In this document: piece by piece, positions 58,669 to 64,000 of the stretch
Position numbering within the stretch: the first letter of the stretch is position 1
How the letters are laid out: the number at the start of each line of letters is the position of its first letter
NCBI GenBank assembly: GCA_043745805.1
Contig: JAYTSD010000004.1
Span: 32,001 to 96,000 of the forward strand
DNA: 64,000 nucleotides
Origin: Fibrobacteria bacterium
Lineage (GTDB): Bacteria > Fibrobacterota > Fibrobacteria > UBA11236
Direction: 5' to 3'
Notes under the pieces: generated by a model
The model's database searches: none
Seen by the model: only the letters and a program-made list of their open reading frames with translations
What the model was told of the DNA's origin: nothing
Made by a program: the position numbers and the translations under genes

Positions 58669-59894
58669 TGTCCCTTAGCCCATTATCGAATGCGCCTAAA
58701 GAAATGGATAGTGAAGCTTTCACTTATATTCGTGTAAATGATTTTTTGCCTTTTTTAAAGGAAGGGCAAAATCTTGCTTGGACTAATACCCACCCCACAC
58801 TCGAACAAATTTCAAAAGAAGTTTTACCCGAATGCCAAAATAATTTTGCGGTAATCCTTAATGGTGTATATGTGCCTAGCTTAAGTCGCTTATTATCGGG
58901 CATTACTATACAATCCATTTCTGAAATCATAAAACTTTCGGATTTTCACAGTGAAGATCCTGCGGCAAGTAGCGCGCGCGCTAACTCCCATCCTATACGC
59001 ATCGATATTGCTGCGAAATCCCAAATCGCTGAACCTTTATTGCTTTTATTCTATCAAAATTTTCCTCAAGAAGAAATTCGCGATCAAGAAAAAAATCATT
59101 ATTTTCGCGGCGACAGCTTTATTCAGGTGCAGGCGAATGAACAATCCGAAATGACCCTTCTTACTAAATCTATAAGTAGCGTGCCTGTTACGGGTCATTT
59201 TATGAACAATCTACATATACATATTGATCTAGCCGACGAAGCCTCGGTGAAATATGCCTCAGCAGGTGAGCAAGCCGAAAATCTGATTTATTTTTCCAAA
59301 CTCAGTGCTGATTTAAATCGCAATAGCCGACTATTTGCCGCCACTGCCGCTTCAGGAACACGCTTAACCCGCCAAAGTTTTTCCTTTGATTTAAAAGCCG
59401 AAGGTGCCGAAGCGGAAGTAAATGGCGCGAGCGTATTAACCGGATCGCGACAAGCGCATCAATTTGTGCAAATCCGTCACAGTATGCCCCATGGACAAAG
59501 TCGTCAACATTTTAAAACCGTAGCGGCCGAAAAATCTAAAGCCTCTTTCGATGGAACGGTTATTGTTGCAGAAGGGGCGCAACAAACTAATGCCTCGCAA
59601 TTGATCAATAATTTAATGCTCTCGGATGAGGCGCGTGCCGATACTAAACCGCGTTTGATGATATATGCGGATGATGTTAAATGTGCACATGGAGCCACAG
59701 TAGGCAAACTCGATCCCGCGCAAGCCTTTTATTTACAAAGCCGCGGACTCACGGCCGTACAAAGTCAAATGTTATTGACTCTCGCATTCATTGGCGAAAT
59801 CGTCCTTAAAGTACCGAGTGCAGGATTACGCGGCGAATGGGAACGGTTGCTCATTGAACCTTTAAAAGCCCAACTTTTGGGAAAGGGTGTATAA
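58668..59894 (+). CDS. sufD: Fe-S cluster assembly protein SufD
   Basis: KPRLMIYADDVKCAHGATVG, FYLQSRG; ATG 58668 overlaps the sufC stop (TAATG). Confidence 0.93.
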   Translation: MSLSPLSNAPKEMDSEAFTYIRVNDFLPFLKEGQNLAWTNTHPTLEQISKEVLPECQNNFAVILNGVYVPSLSRLLSGITIQSISEIIKLSDFHSEDPAASSARANSHPIRIDIAAKSQIAEPLLLLFYQNFPQEEIRDQEKNHYFRGDSFIQVQANEQSEMTLLTKSISSVPVTGHFMNNLHIHIDLADEASVKYASAGEQAENLIYFSKLSADLNRNSRLFAATAASGTRLTRQSFSFDLKAEGAEAEVNGASVLTGSRQAHQFVQIRHSMPHGQSRQHFKTVAAEKSKASFDGTVIVAEGAQQTNASQLINNLMLSDEARADTKPRLMIYADDVKCAHGATVGKLDPAQAFYLQSRGLTAVQSQMLLTLAFIGEIVLKVPSAGLRGEWERLLIEPLKAQLLGKGV

Positions 59895-61148
59895 ATGTCA
59901 CAAATATTACAAACCTCACAACCTTCCAATAACAAACTTTTGCTCGATATTAAAAAAGATTTTCCTTTATTGAATAAATTGCATGGCGGCAAACCTCTAT
60001 ACTATCTCGACAGCGCGGCGACTACACAAAAACCGCTTGCTGTGATTGAATCCATGCATCATTTTTATTTGGAAAATTATGGAACCGTGCGTCGCGGAGT
60101 TTATCGCTTAAGTGAAAAGGCTACCGAAGCCTATGAAAGCACACGGAAAAAAGTGGCTAAACTTTTAAATGCCACTTCAGAAAAAGAAATCATTTATACT
60201 AGTGGTACCACGCAAAGTATTAACTTGGTGGCTTATACTTATGGCCGCAAATTTTTAAAAACGGGCGATGAAATTATTCTTTCGCAAATCGAGCATCATG
60301 CGAACATTGTGCCTTGGCAAATTATTGCCGAACAAACGGGTGCCGTGATTAAAGTAATACCAGTCAATGATGCGGGAGAATTAATACTAGAAGAGTATGA
60401 TAAACTCCTATCGCCACGCACCAAAATTGTCGCGGTGAATCATGTGTCCAATGCTTTAGGCACGATAAATCCGGTTGCCGAAATTATTCGCCGTGCGCAT
60501 TTAGTAAATGCGGTAGTACTCATCGATGGCGCGCAATCTACGCCACATATGAAAGTGGATGTACAAGCTTTAGACGCTGATTTTTATGCCTTCTCTGGTC
60601 ATAAAATTTTTGGACCCACTGGTATCGGCATACTCTATGGTAAAATGGCCTTGCTCGAAAGCATGCCTCCTTATCAAGGCGGCGGCGATATGATTCAAAA
60701 GGTAACCTTTGCCAAAACTACTTATCAAACACCCCCGCATCGTTTTGAAGCCGGTACGCCTCCTATTGTAGAAGTAGTAGGCCTTGGAACAGCTATAGAT
60801 TATGTGCAAGAAGTAGGCTTGGATAATATGGCTGCGCATGAACATGCCTTGCTGCTTTATGGCACTGAACAATTACAGAAAATTCCTGAGTTACGTATCA
60901 TTGGCAATGCCAAAGATAAAGCCACGGTATTAAGTTTTTATTTGGATGCCGTGCATCCGCATGATATTGGGACTTTGCTGGATGAAGAAGGTATTGCGAT
61001 TCGCGCCGGACATCATTGCGCACAACCCACTATGGATCGATTTGGAGTACCCGCCACCGCACGCGCGTCCTTCGGCCCTTATAATACCTATGAAGACATC
61101 GATGCCTTAGTGCGTGGCATTCACAAAGTTTTGGAGCTCTTTGCTTAA
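59895..61148 (+). CDS. sufS: Cysteine desulfurase, SufS type
   Basis: YLDSAAT, EHHANIVPW, DGAQ, SGHK, RAGHHCA. Confidence 0.97.
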   Translation: MSQILQTSQPSNNKLLLDIKKDFPLLNKLHGGKPLYYLDSAATTQKPLAVIESMHHFYLENYGTVRRGVYRLSEKATEAYESTRKKVAKLLNATSEKEIIYTSGTTQSINLVAYTYGRKFLKTGDEIILSQIEHHANIVPWQIIAEQTGAVIKVIPVNDAGELILEEYDKLLSPRTKIVAVNHVSNALGTINPVAEIIRRAHLVNAVVLIDGAQSTPHMKVDVQALDADFYAFSGHKIFGPTGIGILYGKMALLESMPPYQGGGDMIQKVTFAKTTYQTPPHRFEAGTPPIVEVVGLGTAIDYVQEVGLDNMAAHEHALLLYGTEQLQKIPELRIIGNAKDKATVLSFYLDAVHPHDIGTLLDEEGIAIRAGHHCAQPTMDRFGVPATARASFGPYNTYEDIDALVRGIHKVLELFA

Positions 61149-61175
61149 TGAAAGATTATGGAAAGATTATAAATC

Positions 61176-61634
61176 ATGGCCTTTAGCAGCGAACTGTATC
61201 AACAAGTGATTTTAGATCACAATCGTAATCCACGCAATTATAAAATACTTGAACAGGCTACGCATTTTTGTGAAGGGCATAATCCCCTTTGCGGCGATCA
61301 TATTACCGTATATTTAAATTTAAGTCCTGCGCAAATTGTGGAAGACATCACCTTCCAAGGCAATGGCTGCGCTATTTCCAAGGCCAGTGCTTCATTGATG
61401 ACTACCTTTTTAAAAGGCAAATCGCTGGATGAAGTAAAACAAATTTTTTCCGAATTTCATGCCATGGTTAAAGGCGATCTCGATCCGGAAAAAACCGAAA
61501 ATCATTTAGGCAAATTGATTTTGTTTCAAGGGGTGCGACAATATTCTTCCCGCATTAAATGCGCCTCTTTAGCTTGGCATGCCTTGATGGGTGCTTTAGA
61601 AAAAACCGATTCCACCTCCACGGAAGCCGAATAA
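61176..61634 (+). CDS. sufU: SufU sulfur acceptor / scaffold
   Basis: LYQQVILDH, NPLCGD, GCAISKASAS, SufU-type insertion, RIKCA. Confidence 0.93.
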   Translation: MAFSSELYQQVILDHNRNPRNYKILEQATHFCEGHNPLCGDHITVYLNLSPAQIVEDITFQGNGCAISKASASLMTTFLKGKSLDEVKQIFSEFHAMVKGDLDPEKTENHLGKLILFQGVRQYSSRIKCASLAWHALMGALEKTDSTSTEAE

Positions 61635-61732
61635 ACAATTTTTACAGATTTGAAATAATTTCTTTATTAAAAATCGTGATAAAACATCACACTAAATTGT
61701 ATTTTATACGCTATTCTACTTAATGAGTCTAC

Positions 61733-61749
61733 TTACGATTTAATCGTAA
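61733..61749. promoter_or_regulatory. 17-bp perfect palindrome upstream of the kinase gene
   Basis: TTACGATT-T-AATCGTAA, about 40 nt before the ATG at 61789. Confidence 0.35.
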
Positions 61750-61788
61750 ACCCACTCCATCAATCACCTTTTAGAGGTCAAAGTTCTT

Positions 61789-63603
61789 ATGCCAGAATCC
61801 TTAGATAGCAAAGCTTTTACCGATACCGCCAGTAATATTGACAGTGACCACTTCACACAATTAAAAACGCTCACGCTCCCTGAAAATGGAATGCTTAATA
61901 CCGCGACAGCCCTTATTACTAAAAAACCTGGTGAAACGGTAACCCCCTTGTTTCCTGAATCGGGTAAGCATCATCTTTTAAATTCGCAAGTGCATGATGT
62001 ATTTAGCGAGGATCCTTTTATTGGAAAAATGGTGGGTAATTGCAAAATCTTGGAAAAAATAAATGAAGGCGGTACCTCCTTAATTTATCGCGCCCATAAT
62101 ATGAGTTTTAATTTGGATCGCGTGGTTAAAATTTTAAAACCGATTTTTGCTGACGATCAAGAATACTTTGAACGTTTTAAACAAGAAGCCCAACTCACCG
62201 CCCGTTTAGATCATCCTAATATTTTGCGCATTTTTGATACCGGAGAAATCGGCAAACAATTTTTTATTGAAATGGAATATGTCGAAGGACAAAGTCTTCG
62301 CGCCTATATGGGATCAAATTTTAAAATTCGCGAGCAAGAAATACTCTCCATTGCGGCCGACTTAGTAAATGCTTTAGAATATGCGCATTCAGTTGAAATA
62401 AAAACTCCCCAAGGACATTTGATTCAAGGCATATTGCATCGCGATATCAAGCCAGAAAATATTATGCTCACACCAGGAAAAGTGGTAAAGCTCATGGATT
62501 TTGGAGCTGCCAAACCACTCAGTGTCAATTCACGTACCATGCAGGGTAACATTGTAGGGACGCCCCATTATATGTCACCAGAGCAAATCAATGGCCAAAG
62601 TTTAGATGCCCGCAGCGATTATTTTTCTTTAGGTGTTTTATTGTATGAACTCTGTTCTGGAAAAAGACCTTTTGAATCCGAACATTTAGCTGCACTCATG
62701 TGGAAAATCGATGCCGGAAAATACGAACCCTTGCATAAACTTCGACCTTCTATTTCACCCCTTACCGAAGAATTAATCGATCAATTACTTTCGCGTGATG
62801 TTGCGCATCGACCGGCTTCCGCCAAAGAAATTTGTGCAACCTTACGCATTAGTTTGCAAACTTTGAATCAATGGGGTAATGGCGCAAAGGTGAAAGTACC
62901 TTTTTCCCTCAAACGTTACTATTCTTTAATTGCCTTGAGTCTTTCCAGTATCGCGCTATTACTTTCGATATTTAATTTTTTTCGTGGCAGCTCCTTTTTA
63001 CATCATGCGCCTAGCTATTCACAAAGTCATGATCATTATGCAGCCCTCTTACAAAAAGGGGTGCAAGCCGAAATAAAAAAAGATATAACCGAAGCCCAAT
63101 CCATTTATGAATTAATTCCTGCGCCCGAAGCCGGCGGTGATCCCGATATTTATTTGGAAAGCCAATTACGCTTGGCCGTCATTTATTTTAAGCAAAAAGA
63201 TCAATTAACTAAGGCCAGAAATTTATTGGAACAATTGCATCGCAAATATGAAGATGCCGCCATTGAGGGTTACTTAGGTCAATTGTATTTCAATATGGCA
63301 CTCTATTTAGAAGCCCAAGAAAAATTAGAAGTCTCCATTAAAAACCAGCACCCCACGGTGTTAAAGAATTCCTCCTACTTTAATCCTAATGAATTTGAAA
63401 AAGAAAACCGGTATTTTTATGCCAATGCTCTAGATGGTCAATTCACCTATATCGAACAAAAGCCCGAAATTTTATCCCTTGCTATAAATGCTTGGCAAAG
63501 TTTTATTGAGTTTTCATCCTGCACCACCGATACCGAAGAAAAACGCTGTCGTTTTGCGGAAAAAAGATTAGGTGAATTGAAAGCCTTAGTAAAACACAAT
63601 TAA
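61789..63603 (+). CDS. Membrane Hanks-type Ser/Thr kinase with an extracytoplasmic TPR-like domain
   Basis: VVK, HRDIKPEN, DFG, GTPHYMSPEQ; TM YYSLIALSLSSIALLLSIF; C-terminal TPR-like helices. Confidence 0.93.
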   Translation: MPESLDSKAFTDTASNIDSDHFTQLKTLTLPENGMLNTATALITKKPGETVTPLFPESGKHHLLNSQVHDVFSEDPFIGKMVGNCKILEKINEGGTSLIYRAHNMSFNLDRVVKILKPIFADDQEYFERFKQEAQLTARLDHPNILRIFDTGEIGKQFFIEMEYVEGQSLRAYMGSNFKIREQEILSIAADLVNALEYAHSVEIKTPQGHLIQGILHRDIKPENIMLTPGKVVKLMDFGAAKPLSVNSRTMQGNIVGTPHYMSPEQINGQSLDARSDYFSLGVLLYELCSGKRPFESEHLAALMWKIDAGKYEPLHKLRPSISPLTEELIDQLLSRDVAHRPASAKEICATLRISLQTLNQWGNGAKVKVPFSLKRYYSLIALSLSSIALLLSIFNFFRGSSFLHHAPSYSQSHDHYAALLQKGVQAEIKKDITEAQSIYELIPAPEAGGDPDIYLESQLRLAVIYFKQKDQLTKARNLLEQLHRKYEDAAIEGYLGQLYFNMALYLEAQEKLEVSIKNQHPTVLKNSSYFNPNEFEKENRYFYANALDGQFTYIEQKPEILSLAINAWQSFIEFSSCTTDTEEKRCRFAEKRLGELKALVKHN

Positions 63604-63660
63604 TCGCTTTTAATCCTTAACTTTTTCCCCAATCTTTGCTAAAAATGTTACAATAAGGCC

Positions 63661-64000
63661 ATGCCAAAAAAACTTCGTCAAGCGCTTCGCCGCTGTAGCA
63701 TTTCCCTAATTCTCACCTTGGTTTTTTTCATCGTTTTAAGTCAACGATTTGGGTTCGTCCCGCCCATGGGAAAATTCCTCGATCCTTTTCAAGGCTTTTG
63801 GCAAAATGCGGAAGCCTTTCAACACTCTACAAAAAGCATATCCCTTAATGGATTACAAAAACCTGTCGATATTGTTTTTGATTCCTTAGGTATTCCCCAT
63901 ATTTTTGCTCAGGCAAATGAGGATTTGTTTTTTGCGCAAGGTTATGTTACGGCTCGCGATAGACTTTGGCAAATGGAATTTCAAACTCAGGCTACTGCTG
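63661..64000 (+). CDS. Penicillin acylase (Ntn-hydrolase, peptidase S45) family protein, 5' part
   Basis: Hand translation: MPKKLRQ...PPMGKFLDPFQGFWQNAE...GLQKPVDIVFDSLGIPHIFAQ..DLFFAQGYVTARDRLWQMEF; runs off the window. Confidence 0.93.
   Translation, partial: MPKKLRQALRRCSISLILTLVFFIVLSQRFGFVPPMGKFLDPFQGFWQNAEAFQHSTKSISLNGLQKPVDIVFDSLGIPHIFAQANEDLFFAQGYVTARDRLWQMEFQTQATA

Noticed and set aside
61150-61171. Tandem GAAAGATTAT repeat between sufS and sufU
   Set aside because: A short local duplication in an AT-rich spacer with no evidence of function.
61675-61691. CRP/FNR-like site CGTGA-N7-TCACA
   Set aside because: The spacing fits neither CRP (N6) nor FNR.
1-64000. CRISPR arrays, tRNA/rRNA genes, transposases, integrases, prophage genes
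   Set aside because: No periodic repeat-spacer structure, RNA gene signature or such protein motif was seen by eye; intergenic gaps are short. A tRNAscan/Infernal run would be needed to exclude small RNAs.

Overview
AT-rich (roughly 38-40% GC by eye), gene-dense chromosomal region of a diderm bacterium. The gene mix (AglQRS-like motor, Hanks kinases, system II cytochrome c maturation, SufBCDSU) is compatible with a Fibrobacterota-like or other non-proteobacterial lineage; this is inference only. Housekeeping content: the 5' part of nrdA (missed by the ORF track) with tandem NrdR boxes, cytochrome c biogenesis, gltBD, cysG, metG, a DEAD-box helicase, map, obgE, actP/yjcH, asnS, an nfu-sufBCDSU operon and the start of a penicillin-acylase-family gene. 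The most striking feature is an apparently continuous 17-gene, ~18.3 kb operon (31994-50310). In it, an ExbB/ExbD/ExbD/TonB-like (AglR/AglQ/AglS/GltG-like) proton-motive-force motor is directly coupled to a Wza-Wzc-Wzx-Wzy polysaccharide pathway, a GT9 and the lytic transglycosylase MltG. Other notable items are a triuret-hydrolase-type amidase with a permease but no biuret hydrolase nearby, a degenerate GGDEF protein with an intact RxxD site, a four-gene glycoconjugate cluster with odd start sites, a 22-bp repeat pair flanking actP-yjcH, a two-module CCCH zinc protein, a Cys-less IscU-Nfu fusion and a decayed hipA module. No rRNA, tRNA, CRISPR array or transposase was recognised.
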